Source: Wolbachia endosymbiont strain TRS of Brugia malayi
GTDB lineage: Bacteria; Pseudomonadota; Alphaproteobacteria; Rickettsiales; Anaplasmataceae
Direction: 5' to 3'
Assembly (NCBI RefSeq): GCF_000008385.1
Contig: NC_006833.1
Span: 990,001 to 1,022,000, forward strand
Length of the DNA stretch: 32,000 nucleotides
Positions 9,261 through 19,620 of the stretch are shown here, one piece after another. Every line of letters begins with the position of its first letter. Within the stretch, counting starts at the first letter, position 1. The notes under the pieces are model-generated. The model searched no databases. It saw nothing but the letters and a program-made list of their open reading frames with translations, and was not told the origin of the DNA. Made by a program: the position numbers and the translations under genes.

Positions 9261-9706
9261 TTCTTCTAACTTTGTTTTTCTGATGAATTGAGTTTATTAT
9301 AATACATAAATTAATAAAGTAGTAATGTGAAATTTCATTTGTAAATGTTACCTCGCTTCCAAAACTGCTTTGCAAAATATTAACTGCTGGAACCATTTCA
9401 GTACCAGCCACTTGGATGGCAATGCAAAAGTTCAACGTGTAAATCTGATACAAAACTTTGATTTCTAGCAAATCTATCACTATTAAAAAATATACAAGAA
9501 GCTTTATAAAAACCAACGTAATTTCGCCATAAAAATATCATTCTTAAGTCCTGTATAAAAGCAAATTTTAGCACTGAGCGAATCTTTTTTAATTAATTAT
9601 GAATTGGGTAACTTAGAAGATAAATTTTATTTACTTTTACAATATCTTAAGATCTAATGTCACTTTATCGGTCAGAAGTATCAGAAGGATTGCAACTTAG
9701 ATTAAT

Positions 9707-10636
9707 ATGTTCTTTACTCTTTTTCTTAAAATACTACCTGTTTATATTACAATACTTATTGGTTATTTTGCAGGAAAATATCTCAAGATTGACAGAAATA
9801 CTATATCTCAAATACTCTTTTATATAGCCAATCCAATAGTGATCTTATATGGGGTCTCTCATATAGAGGTCAACTTTCAGATAATCTCTCTACCGATTTT
9901 AACATGGTTCATAGGTAGTACTATGTCCTTATCAGTGTATTACTTTTCTTCTTTTTTATTTAAGGACAATACGAGGAACATATTGGCATTTAGCTCAGGC
10001 AGCACAAGTATGGGTTATTTTGGTCTACCAATTGCCATGGCTTTATTTGATGAGGATTCAGTATCTGTATACGTTGTCTGTTATATAGGAATGGCACTGT
10101 TTGAAAATAGTTTAGGATTCTACATAGCTGCGAATGGCATTTATACTGCAAAAGAGTGCATGCTAAAATTGTTTAGAATTCCTTCATCTTATGCGATGAT
10201 CCTAGGCTTTCTTTTAAGTATATCCGGTATGCAAATACCTAACTTTTTAATGGATATTATGGTAAATATCAGAGGTACATTTGCTACGCTGGGAATGATG
10301 CTACTTGGAGTGAGCATTGCAAAAATTGCAAGCTTTAAAGTAGATTGGAAACTTGCTTTAATCACTATTACAGCAAAATACGTACTCTGGCCATTGTTTG
10401 TCTTAGGAATTGTCCTTTTAGATAAACATTTTACAGGTATATACGATGAAAATATATATAAAGCATTAATGTTGCTGGCCGTTATTCCAGTTTCTGGATC
10501 AAGCATAATGCTTGCTAATATTCTAAACTTTCAACCAGATAAAGCTACTTTATTACTGCTAATTAGTATTACGGTAGGATTATTTTATGTTCCACTAATA
10601 ATATCACTATTTTTCGCTAAACTTGTTCCTCTTTAA
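9707..10636 (+). CDS. AEC-family transporter (auxin efflux carrier / malonate-type permease)
   Basis: 309 aa, about 10 hydrophobic segments; IGYFAGKYLKIDRNTISQILFYIANPIVILYGV and late repeat VIPVSGSSIMLANI. Confidence 0.85.
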   Translation: MFFTLFLKILPVYITILIGYFAGKYLKIDRNTISQILFYIANPIVILYGVSHIEVNFQIISLPILTWFIGSTMSLSVYYFSSFLFKDNTRNILAFSSGSTSMGYFGLPIAMALFDEDSVSVYVVCYIGMALFENSLGFYIAANGIYTAKECMLKLFRIPSSYAMILGFLLSISGMQIPNFLMDIMVNIRGTFATLGMMLLGVSIAKIASFKVDWKLALITITAKYVLWPLFVLGIVLLDKHFTGIYDENIYKALMLLAVIPVSGSSIMLANILNFQPDKATLLLLISITVGLFYVPLIISLFFAKLVPL

Positions 10637-10700
10637 GATTAGAAATTTAAGCGGCGCAGTATTAGAATACTTGCTACTTGTTGAGAGATCTTATACTAAA

Positions 10701-12170
10701 CTAGCTATTCAACTTGATTATCCTACTGCAATTTTGCTCTATTACACTTGCTACATTTAACATTCCAGCTTCATCATAATAGTTTCCGATTACTTGTAAA
10801 GCAAGCGGTAAACCCTCATTGGAAAGTCCAACAGGAACAGAGATAGCAGGTAGACCAGCTAAACTTGCCGGCACAGTAAAGACATCATTAATGCACATAA
10901 TTAGTGGGTCTGGCTTTTCATTCAAGCCAAAAGCTTCTGTTGGAGCAGATGGAACAAGTATATAATCTATTTTTTCAAACGCTTTTATAAAATCATTTCT
11001 AATTAACGCCCTAATACATTGCGCTTTTTCATAGTATTCATTGTAGTGACCAGAAGAGAGTGCGTAAGCGCCAATTAAGATTCTTCTTTTTACCTCTTTT
11101 CCAAAACCTTCCGCTCTCGTTAGTGAATACATTTCTTCAAGGATATCAGCATTAACCCTGAGTCCATAGCGCACACCATCATAACGAGCAAGATTAGACG
11201 AAGCTTCAGCAGAACAAATTAAATAATAGACTGGTATTGCATATTTAGTATGAGGTAAGGTAATATCAACAACTTCAGCACCATTTTCTTTTAAATCAGA
11301 AGAAACTTTTTCCCAATGATAGATGATTTCTTCTGAAATTCCATCCATTCTATATTCTTTTGGTATACCAATGCGCCTACCTTTGATATCACCATTTATA
11401 AAATTAGAAAATCTAGGTACTGGTCTTTCACTAGATGTTGAATCTTTGTTATCATAACCACAAATCGTTTCCAACATTAGTGCTGAATCAGAAACAGAAC
11501 GAGTAATGACCCCTGCTTGGTCTAAAGAACTTGCAAATGCGATCATGCCAAAACGCGAGCATCTTCCATAAGTTGGTTTTGCTCCAACTACACCACAATA
11601 AGCTGCTGGTTGACGCACAGATCCACCAGTATCACTTCCGAGTGCTCCAGCACATAAGAATCCAGCGACTGATGCTGCAGATCCACCAGATGATCCACCA
11701 GGTACAACCTTTTCCCCATCACTTTTTCTAACCCATACATTTTCAACAGGACCAAAATAGCTATTTATGTTTGCAGAGCCCATAGCAAATTCATCCATGT
11801 TAAGTTTACCCAGCATGGCTGCTCCACTTTTTAAAAGTAAGTCAGATACCGTAGATTCGTAAGTTGGAATGAAATTTTCTAGCATTTTTGAACATGCTGT
11901 CGTTTTTACTCCTTTCGTACAGAACAAATCTTTAACACCAACTGGTATACCCATGAGCGGTGAGATCGTACTATCCTTTTGTTGGGAAAAACGCTCATCC
12001 GCAGTTTTTGCAGCTTTTATTGCTATTTCCGGAGTTTTCGTTATGAATGCATTTAGTTTCTCATTTTCTACTGCATTGATATGCACTTCAATAAGTTCAA
12101 CAGCAGAAAAACTTCTCTGTTTAAGTCCATTATGCATCTGGGCAATACTTAGCTTCCTCAATTCATTCAT
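10701..12170 (-). CDS. gatA: Asp-tRNA(Asn)/Glu-tRNA(Gln) amidotransferase subunit A
   Basis: 489 aa; amidase signature PGGSSGGSAASVAGFLCAGALGSDTGGSVRQPAAYCG, GIPVGVKDLFCTKG. Confidence 0.97.
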   Translation of the reverse strand: MNELRKLSIAQMHNGLKQRSFSAVELIEVHINAVENEKLNAFITKTPEIAIKAAKTADERFSQQKDSTISPLMGIPVGVKDLFCTKGVKTTACSKMLENFIPTYESTVSDLLLKSGAAMLGKLNMDEFAMGSANINSYFGPVENVWVRKSDGEKVVPGGSSGGSAASVAGFLCAGALGSDTGGSVRQPAAYCGVVGAKPTYGRCSRFGMIAFASSLDQAGVITRSVSDSALMLETICGYDNKDSTSSERPVPRFSNFINGDIKGRRIGIPKEYRMDGISEEIIYHWEKVSSDLKENGAEVVDITLPHTKYAIPVYYLICSAEASSNLARYDGVRYGLRVNADILEEMYSLTRAEGFGKEVKRRILIGAYALSSGHYNEYYEKAQCIRALIRNDFIKAFEKIDYILVPSAPTEAFGLNEKPDPLIMCINDVFTVPASLAGLPAISVPVGLSNEGLPLALQVIGNYYDEAGMLNVASVIEQNCSRIIKLNS

Positions 12171-12420
12171 TAATATTCAATTTTTAGCAAGATATTAATT
12201 ATAACAACAATAAGATAAAAGATCTATACATTTATAGTAAGAAATGATTAGCATATCTGGAACATTTAGGTTTATTGAAATAGGTTTATGATTAATACAC
12301 CTTAAATTATCATCCAGTACACATCTGTACGAATATTGTATTCGCAGGTGATAGGTATATCATGTGAGTAGTTAGCACTGCTTCCTACTTAGTCCACGTG
12401 TTGCTTTAGTTATAAGATAT

Positions 12421-12708
12421 TTAAGAAAGTTACCAAATGAGAAAAAAGGTAAAAAACCCCTGGAGCAGTTAGTTACTAATTCTTTATTTTAAAAACTTGA
12501 CGTTAGTAACGTCTTAAACGCTTTTTAAGCACATTTCAGCTTGTACAGGTAAGAACCTAGATTTTATAAAAACATATGGTGCACATAATACACCAAAATA
12601 TAAGATCTTCTTGTCACTTTAATCTGCAAAAGATTGAGAAGTTATATAAAACAGCTCCAGCTATCGGAGTAAGAGAGCTGGCAAAGTGTGTCAAGTAATT
12701 TTTTGCAT
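12421..12708 (-). repeat. degenerate dispersed intergenic repeat, copy C (inverted relative to A)
   Basis: Reverse complement: TGCAAAAATTACTTGACAC...GTACAAGCTGAAATGTGCTTAAAAAGCGTTTAAGACGTTACTAACGTC...CCTTTTTTCTCATTTGGTAACTTTCTTAA, aligning with copy A along its length. Confidence 0.65.
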
Positions 12709-12820
12709 TTCTATAAGCTACTTGAACCCTGATTTACCAAATCAAAACGTTCGTACAGTTACACATAGCGCTGGAACCTAAACGTTAAGCTATAGGCTGC
12801 TTGCTTTTATAATCTTAAAC

Positions 12821-15199
12821 TTAAATATCAACATCATATACGTTGAGTGCATTGTTATTGATAAAATTACGGCGTGGTTCAACTATATCACCCATCAGCA
12901 CTGAGAATATAGAATCAGCTTCTTCGCAGTCTTTTATTTCAACTTTTAGCAAAGTCCTGGTTTCGGGGTTGAGTGTAGTATCCCACAGCTGATCTGCGTT
13001 CATTTCACCAAGACCTTTAAATCTCTGCAAAGTTAAACCTTTTTTACCATAGTCCATCACTATTTTTGCAAGTGCACTAGGAGACCTTATTTTTATTTCA
13101 GTTTCTTGCGACTTCAAAAACGAATCACCATTAAATAAGTCAATTACATCATCAAGAGAGCTCAATATATTTCGTATTTCTTTGCTGTCAAGCATACTAA
13201 GTGGAAATACATATTTATCTGCTAATCCTTGAAACAATTTAGAAATGTGAACTTCTCTTTCTTCATCTTTTATTTCTACTTCCCAATTATATTCACTATA
13301 CATTAACTTCAAATATTTTAATATCTCATTAGCAGATGATAGGGCATTCTTTTTGCTTAAAATTAGTAGCGACTCCAATAGATTTTGCGGTATTCCCCTG
13401 GAATAATTTTTGCTAATATTTGAAATACTAAGACATTTGCTCAAGATAAAGCGCAAACCTCTGCCTGTACTGTTTAATGTTAACTTTTTAACCGCCAAGT
13501 TTACTATATACTTCTCAAAAGTCTCGTCATCTTTAATATAAGTATCTTCAGCATTTTTTGTAACCTTATAAAGAGGTGGCTGCGCTATGTATAAATAGCC
13601 CCTTTCAATCACCTCACGCATATACCGGAAAAAGAAAGTTAGAATCAAAGTTCTTATATGTGAACCATCAACGTCTGCATCTGTCATAATGATGATTTTG
13701 TGATATCTAGTTTTTTCAATGTCAAAGTGTTCACTTCCTATTCCCGCACCAATTGCAGTGATTAAAGAACCTATTTCTGCAGATGAAAAAATACGATCTA
13801 AACTTACACGTTCCACGTTTAGAATTTTCCCCCTTAAGGCAAGTACTGCTTGTGTTTTACGATTACGCCCCTGCTTCGCAGTACCACCTGCAGAATTACC
13901 CTCTACTATAAATAATTCCGATAACTCAGGAACTTTTTCCTGACAATCAGCAAGCTTTCCAGGTAGAGTAGAAATATCAATACTGTTTTTATTTTTAACT
14001 AACTCCCTTGCTTTTCTTGCAGCTTCTCTTCCTTTAGCTGACCTAATTACTCTTTCCACTATACTTGCTGCCAACTTTGGATCAGTTTCAAGTATTGTAC
14101 TCAATTTATCAAAAACTATGCTCTCCACAACTGTGCGCGCTTCAGAACTGACTAACTTGTCTTTTGTCTGTGAAGAGAACTTAGGATCAGGCATTTTGAG
14201 AGATAAAACACAAGTTAACCCTTCTCTAACATCTTCTCCAGTCAAGCTCACTTTTGCTTTCTTTAAAAACCCCTCGTCAGTTGCATAGTTATTGATACAT
14301 CTTGTTAATGCGGACCTAAAGCCTGCCAAATGTGTACCACCATCCCGTTGTCTTATATTATTTGTAAAGCATAACATATGCTCGTAGTAGGAGTCATTCC
14401 ACTCCATTGATATTTCTATGCTGATACCAAGATCTTTTGCATCACCCTTCATGCTGGTAATTTTGGTAACATGCGTTTTATTCTTGTCTAAGTACCGCAC
14501 GAAATTTGCTGTGCCAAAATTATCTTTAGATTGCTTACTGTCGTTAAAGTGAGACTCTATATAAGGTTTATTACGCAAGTCACGCAAAGTGATGTTGATA
14601 CTTGAATTTAAAAAAGCTAATTCTCTGATACGATTTTCAAGAGTGGAGTAACTAAAATCAATACTACTAAAAGTCTCTGTTGACGGCATAAATGTTACTC
14701 TAGTCCCTCTTTTGTTTGTGTTCTTATTTACTATCTTCAAAGGTTCAATAGACTCACCATCTTCAAAGCGCATAAAGTGTTCCTTCTTATTGCGCCAAAT
14801 AGTTAATTCCAGCCAGCTTGACAATGCATTTACAACTGAGATTCCAACACCATGTAATCCGCCAGAAACCTTGTAGGTATTGCTGTCAAATTTACCACCT
14901 GCGTGCAGTTGGGTCATTATTACCTCTGCTGCTGATATTCCTTCTTCTTTGTGAATATCAGTTGGAATGCCACGACCATTATCGGTTACAGATACTGAGC
15001 CATCTTCATTTATGCTAACCTCAATTTTGTCACAATACCCAGCTAACGACTCATCTATCGCATTATCAACAACCTCATATACCATATGATGCAAACCAGA
15101 CCCATCATCAGTATCCCCAATGTACATACCTGGACGCTTCCTTACAGCATCAAGACCTCTTAAGATTTTTATTGCATCAGCGTTATAGTTACTTTCCAT
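12821..15199 (-). CDS. gyrB: DNA gyrase subunit B
   Basis: 792 aa; VLEGLDAVRKRPGMYIG-like start, DNGRGIPTDIH, SGGLHGVG, LFIVEGNSAGGTAKQGRNRKTQAVLALRGKILNVE, MTDADVDGSHIRTL, LKRFKGLGEMN. Confidence 0.98.
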   Translation of the reverse strand: MESNYNADAIKILRGLDAVRKRPGMYIGDTDDGSGLHHMVYEVVDNAIDESLAGYCDKIEVSINEDGSVSVTDNGRGIPTDIHKEEGISAAEVIMTQLHAGGKFDSNTYKVSGGLHGVGISVVNALSSWLELTIWRNKKEHFMRFEDGESIEPLKIVNKNTNKRGTRVTFMPSTETFSSIDFSYSTLENRIRELAFLNSSINITLRDLRNKPYIESHFNDSKQSKDNFGTANFVRYLDKNKTHVTKITSMKGDAKDLGISIEISMEWNDSYYEHMLCFTNNIRQRDGGTHLAGFRSALTRCINNYATDEGFLKKAKVSLTGEDVREGLTCVLSLKMPDPKFSSQTKDKLVSSEARTVVESIVFDKLSTILETDPKLAASIVERVIRSAKGREAARKARELVKNKNSIDISTLPGKLADCQEKVPELSELFIVEGNSAGGTAKQGRNRKTQAVLALRGKILNVERVSLDRIFSSAEIGSLITAIGAGIGSEHFDIEKTRYHKIIIMTDADVDGSHIRTLILTFFFRYMREVIERGYLYIAQPPLYKVTKNAEDTYIKDDETFEKYIVNLAVKKLTLNSTGRGLRFILSKCLSISNISKNYSRGIPQNLLESLLILSKKNALSSANEILKYLKLMYSEYNWEVEIKDEEREVHISKLFQGLADKYVFPLSMLDSKEIRNILSSLDDVIDLFNGDSFLKSQETEIKIRSPSALAKIVMDYGKKGLTLQRFKGLGEMNADQLWDTTLNPETRTLLKVEIKDCEEADSIFSVLMGDIVEPRRNFINNNALNVYDVDI

Positions 15200-15499
15200 A
15201 AAACCGTTTTATTTATAAATATTAATTAATATTATATTAATATATACTGATTAGCAACATCTTTAAACATGAGGAAAACTTTGGTTATGATACACAATTG
15301 TACGGACATTGCAATTTGATAAATCAAGGTTCAAATAGCTCATAAAAATGTAAAGCCCATTTTACAGGCCTTAAGAACCCTTATATGGGGATGTTTTAGA
15401 CCTAAAATTTATCCTTAATCTTTATTTAAGTGACAAAAGCACATTATTAAACTAGGTGTGTTATGTTTAATTTTTCTTATATAGACACTCCATGTCTTT

Positions 15500-15835
15500 A
15501 TAAATTTTTATCTACGTTAGCTGAATCTCGCTTATTAAGTAATGTAATAAGCGCCAAGTTTTTGAGAGAACAGTAAACAACTCACATTGCATTGTTCTTT
15601 TTGTCTTTATTTAAGAATTAGTTCAAAAATCAACTAATCTTCTTTTTTTATAAAGAAATTATTTGAAAAACTTCTGCATTACCCTTATCGTGACGTTATG
15701 GATATTTATAATTCCAAGGTTGACTACTTACCAAGCATATAAGACATTAATGTCAAGTTCCTACAAGAGATATCACTAGGGTTTCTTTTGCTTTTTTTCC
15801 TGCTTGGTGAGTTCCTTAAACATTTACAGCTAAAG
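15500..15835 (+). repeat. possible further diverged copy or copies of the dispersed intergenic repeat (D)
   Basis: TTATGTTTAATTTTTCTTATATAG...CTGAATCTCGCTTATTAAG near 15500-15575 and CAAGCATATAAGACATTAATGTCAAG...AGGGTTTCTTTTGCTTTTTTTCC...TTGGTGAGTTCCTTAA near 15735-15830; more diverged than A, B and C. Confidence 0.4.
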
Positions 15836-16317
15836 CGATTTAAGAGAGAGATCACTCAAATCTGAGATCCAGAAAAAAGTAGGGTTCACTTCAGTGCATG
15901 ATACATAATTATGTATCATGCACTGAGTTTACCTTGTAGCATTGCGTTTATATAACTTAAATCACTTCAAACCCGAATTTCCAAATCCAAGTAGGTATTA
16001 TTATGTCAAACAACTTCAATTTTAAAGAATTTTTTTTAATTACTATGAAATAAACAGTACACCAGATGATATACAAAGGTGTTGTGTGTTGTAGAAATCA
16101 GTAATAGTATAGGCAATGATTAATGCAACAAGTAACTGTAAAAAAAGCAGAAAGTTTGGTAGAAAAACATAAAGCAATTTCTGGTTATCAGACTTTAGTC
16201 GAGATTTCATATATACATGTATACTTGCTGATTATGACTAGATATATGTAAAAAACAAAATATAGCCAATTCTAGAAAGCCTTACTAAAAAAATCAGATA
16301 AAACTTTCTGTACATAC

Positions 16318-16914
16318 TTAATGGGATTTGCCTTTTTCACTGAAAAAAATACCATGCAACCTTCTATCTATAGCTTCCTCTATATCTTTAATTAATAGCT
16401 GCTTTATCATATTTACTTTTCGTTTTGCATCTTGAGAATGATGTTCATCGTTGCAACCATAACGACTGTTACTACTGTAACTGTTCTTACTGCTATAGCT
16501 ATAACTACTGGCACTTGGTTTACTACTGTAACTTACTCTATTGACCCTTTTACCTATGATTATAAATTTGAGCATTTGTATCACCTTTTCCTTTAAAAAA
16601 GACTTCCAGCCTGTGTTAAGAAACAACCTATAGAGAAAGTGCGGAGCAAGAAATCCCACTAACACTCTAAAAGAAACTTCGTAACCCAGATTTTCTCTAT
16701 TGTCATAATACCACTTGCAATATTGAAACAGATGGAAAAATGCATTTTTTGGAGAGCTAAATTCTACAGCATACCAAAAGCCATTGCTAAGAAATATGAG
16801 CATAATGCTGGATGCATAAAGATAAACTGTGAGGAGAGACAGCTTTACAACTATGTCCTTTAAGCTGCCTAATATGTAATTTAATAACCTTAACTTATAG
16901 AAAAGCGACATCAT
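16318..16914 (-). CDS. hypothetical membrane protein with Ser/Tyr-rich segment
   Basis: 198 aa; hydrophobic N-terminal half, then SYSSKPSASSYSYSSKNSYSSNSRYG and a charged C-terminus. Confidence 0.6.
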   Translation of the reverse strand: MMSLFYKLRLLNYILGSLKDIVVKLSLLTVYLYASSIMLIFLSNGFWYAVEFSSPKNAFFHLFQYCKWYYDNRENLGYEVSFRVLVGFLAPHFLYRLFLNTGWKSFLKEKVIQMLKFIIIGKRVNRVSYSSKPSASSYSYSSKNSYSSNSRYGCNDEHHSQDAKRKVNMIKQLLIKDIEEAIDRRLHGIFFSEKGKSH

Positions 16915-16936
16915 TTTACACCACCATTAAATACGG

Positions 16937-17008
16937 CTGGGGTAGAAGGATTCGAACCTTCGCATGGCGGTATCAAAAACCGCTGCCTTACCACTTGGCT
17001 ACACCCCA
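16937..17008 (-). tRNA. tRNA-Gln (anticodon UUG)
   Basis: Reverse complement TGGGGTGTAGCCAAGTGGTAAGGCAGCGGTTTTTGATACCGCCATGCGAAGGTTCGAATCCTTCTACCCCAG: 7-bp acceptor (one G-T), anticodon stem GCGGT/ACCGC with loop TTTTGAT (TTG at 34-36), T arm GAAGGTTCGAATCCTTC. Full CCA not encoded. Confidence 0.95.
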
Positions 17009-17334
17009 ATACTACTCACATCAATAACACTATTAACCCAATTAGCAAAAGATTTATTTACTTTTTCTATAGGTATTATCACAATAGCTGGCTGATCATA
17101 AGAATGCATTGCCTCAACTTTTTCTACAATTTTATCAACTTGATCGCTTCTGCTTTTCATAATTGCTATTACTTCACAACTACTATTAATTTCACCTTTC
17201 CATAAATAAAGAGAATTCACTTTAGGAAATATATTTACACATATAATTAATTTCTTGTTTAATAATTCTTCAGAAACAGCTTTAGCCTCCTTCACATTTG
17301 AAAAAGTCGTATAAACTAAAACTAAACTGTTCAT
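16999..17334 (-). CDS. cutA: divalent cation tolerance protein CutA
   Basis: 111 aa; VYTTFSNVKEAKAVSEELLNKKLIICVNIFPKVNSLYLWKGEIN, IMKSRSDQVDKIVEKVEAMHSYDQPAIVIIPI. Confidence 0.93.
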   Translation of the reverse strand: MNSLVLVYTTFSNVKEAKAVSEELLNKKLIICVNIFPKVNSLYLWKGEINSSCEVIAIMKSRSDQVDKIVEKVEAMHSYDQPAIVIIPIEKVNKSFANWVNSVIDVSSIGV

Positions 17335-17487
17335 TAGAATCTACATAAACGCATTGCTACTATACTTTACTTAGATTAATCTATCAAGAAAAAATAGAAG
17401 AGACTTTTTTTGAAATCTTGTTGTTTCAGTATATAACACTGGAATTTAGAAATTTTTTATGATCAAATCCTTAATCAGAAAAACAAA

Positions 17488-17520
17488 AAAAGGATGTTAC
17501 TCGATGAATAACATCCTTTT
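17488..17520 (-). terminator. Rho-independent terminator of the 17541-19166 gene
   Basis: Perfect 12-bp inverted repeat AAAAGGATGTTA / TAACATCCTTTT with 9-nt loop, followed on the minus strand by further Ts (TTGTTTTTC), just past the stop at 17541. Confidence 0.8.
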
Positions 17521-17540
17521 GCAAAAAGTAGGTATTTTGT

Positions 17541-19166
17541 TTAGAGATACGACACTTCTGCACCTGATTTTTCAGCCTTAAGTTGACTAAACGTTGTAGC
17601 AGGTTTATCTTTTTTGAAGTCTTCTTCTAAGTCTTCACTCACATCTTCTACTGCTGGCGGGGAAGCAGAAGGCTGTTGTTCCACCAGCTTGCCCAAAGAA
17701 CCTGTGTTTTTCAAGCTTGCACGAGCTTTAGCCAAGTCTTCTGGAGAAAGACTTTGTTTTTCCAACGTAGAAGGACCAGAATCCATTCCACTATCAGAAC
17801 TTAAGGAGCCCAGAGAAAGACTTTTTGGTACCTGTAGTAGAACAGCTGGAGTAAGCACAGGAGAACCATATAAGCTATTAGGTGAGTTGCTTCTAAAAAG
17901 ATTAGGGTTGACTGTTACAGTTTTATCAACACCTTCAGCTGGAACAGGAATACCATAAAAAGTTCTCTTTCCTATTTCTCTAGCTAGTATGTCTGATTCA
18001 GGAAGAACTTGATACTTAACGTTAGCAGCTTCTTCTGGTGCTTTGCTTACTTTATTCCATGGTAACCACCTTAGGAGCTTACTAGAAGATCGTACTTTTC
18101 TATGCCCCTCAGAATTCAACAATTCTGCTACACTATTAACAGTACTGTCAGTTCTTACAGAACTAAGTGAATTGCTTCTTGGTAAACTAGATTGTGTTGA
18201 ATCTTTTCTGTTTTCATCATGCCTTTTTGCCATTCTATTAAGACTTTCTGAAAAATTATGCTCTGTTTTGTGCTCTTTAACAATTCTCTTAATCTCATCA
18301 TGGTGTTCAGAGAAAATTTCATAAAGATTGTTGTCACCTTGAGCTAATAGATTTTGCAACTTCTTAGAGCTTAATTTGCTAACAAAATCTGCTTGCTGCC
18401 CTAATTGATTGATTAACTGGTCCTTTTTGAACCCTTGTTGACCATCAACAGAGTAAGCTTTTTCTAATACTTTTCCCTTCAATTCAGAGAATATTTTTTT
18501 GACTAAAACAGAGCTATCAATAGCTTTGTCTTCAAAAACCTCCTTAACGAACATTTCTTTTATACTATTAAAATTTTTCGTTTTTTCTTCTGTTTTTGAA
18601 ACAACCATTGAATCTTGCAGCCCTATTGAATACGGGATGCTATCTAAATTAGACATACTCGCACCTAAACCACTTAGCTTATGCCCCATTGTTTTCAACA
18701 CAGAACTAGTTTCCTCCCTTGCTACTTGTCCTATAGAACTCACAGCTTCTTTTACTGAGTCTTTAGTATGTATAGCACTATCTTTAATTTTTTCCCCAAT
18801 ATATTTTACCCCTTTAATTGTCTTTTCTGCAGCATATCTGAAGCCCGCCTCTACTTGTGCCCTGCATCTATATACAGTTGCACCAAGTGCTACAAGTGCT
18901 ACAGTTGCAAGTACTCCACCTACTATACTACCAGCAATTATCGGAGCTGCTGCAATGGCAAAACCAGCTCCTACTGTCATGGCTGTTGCTAACGTACCTA
19001 TAAATAAACCAAGTATTACTCTGTTCGTTACTTCTAACGACTTTATCCTTTTCTCCAATGATTGCATTTGTTGTAATAAACCCTCCGAAGAAGGTGTAAT
19101 ATTATCTACTTGTTGAAGTTTTTGTGCTTCAACAGAATTTGAATTTGCTTCTTGACTAAGTAACAT
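17541..19166 (-). CDS. hypothetical protein with N-terminal hydrophobic hairpin and Ser-rich C-terminal half; candidate secreted effector
   Basis: ~541 aa. VILGLFIGTLATAMTVGAGFAIAAAPIIAGSIVGGVLATVALVALGATVY forms a TM pair after a coiled-coil-like segment. Start revised from the track's GTG at 19178 to ATG at 19166 (MLLSQEANSNS), preceded by GAGG 7-8 nt upstream. Terminator downstream. Confidence 0.8.
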   Translation of the reverse strand: MLLSQEANSNSVEAQKLQQVDNITPSSEGLLQQMQSLEKRIKSLEVTNRVILGLFIGTLATAMTVGAGFAIAAAPIIAGSIVGGVLATVALVALGATVYRCRAQVEAGFRYAAEKTIKGVKYIGEKIKDSAIHTKDSVKEAVSSIGQVAREETSSVLKTMGHKLSGLGASMSNLDSIPYSIGLQDSMVVSKTEEKTKNFNSIKEMFVKEVFEDKAIDSSVLVKKIFSELKGKVLEKAYSVDGQQGFKKDQLINQLGQQADFVSKLSSKKLQNLLAQGDNNLYEIFSEHHDEIKRIVKEHKTEHNFSESLNRMAKRHDENRKDSTQSSLPRSNSLSSVRTDSTVNSVAELLNSEGHRKVRSSSKLLRWLPWNKVSKAPEEAANVKYQVLPESDILAREIGKRTFYGIPVPAEGVDKTVTVNPNLFRSNSPNSLYGSPVLTPAVLLQVPKSLSLGSLSSDSGMDSGPSTLEKQSLSPEDLAKARASLKNTGSLGKLVEQQPSASPPAVEDVSEDLEEDFKKDKPATTFSQLKAEKSGAEVSYL

Positions 19167-19620
19167 TTTGAACCTCACTATTAATCAAACATATTGATAT
19201 TGTATGCCTCCAATCCTTAAGTTAGTATTAACTGGGCTGTTAGTGCTCATTCATCTTTAAATAGTTTTGTTTGACGTGTTTTTCTGTGGCGTAGAAATCA
19301 GGTTAAAGGCTTTCCGGGCTAAAGTATTTATGTGATGTATAAAAGGGCATTCTTCTTCTTAATTATTGCAGTTTTAACAATAGTTTTATTATCCAATCAT
19401 TATTCTACCTACATGAAAACGCAGTGCACCTAAGAACAATAATAAGGGATTTAAAATAAGGCCAGAAAGTTCTATAGGGTTAACCATATCACATAGAGAA
19501 AAGAAAGTGTAAGATCACGTCTTCCATTCTGATAATTAACTCGTAAATAAAAGTAATTTATGCTTGCATTTTCTTATTAAAGAAGTAATACTAGTGTATT
19601 AACTGATAGAATTAATCATT

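Noticed and set aside
9169-9516. 115-aa minus-strand ORF
   Set aside because: Overlaps the lepB start in another frame, begins in AT-rich intergenic sequence, no conserved motif.
11531-12198. Plus-strand ORFs of 66 and 109 aa over gatA
   Set aside because: Antisense to well-supported gatA coding sequence.
18499-19116. 205-aa plus-strand ORF
   Set aside because: Entirely antisense to the 17541-19166 gene, which has a plausible RBS, TM hairpin and terminator; Ser/Thr/Pro-rich product typical of a reverse-frame ORF.
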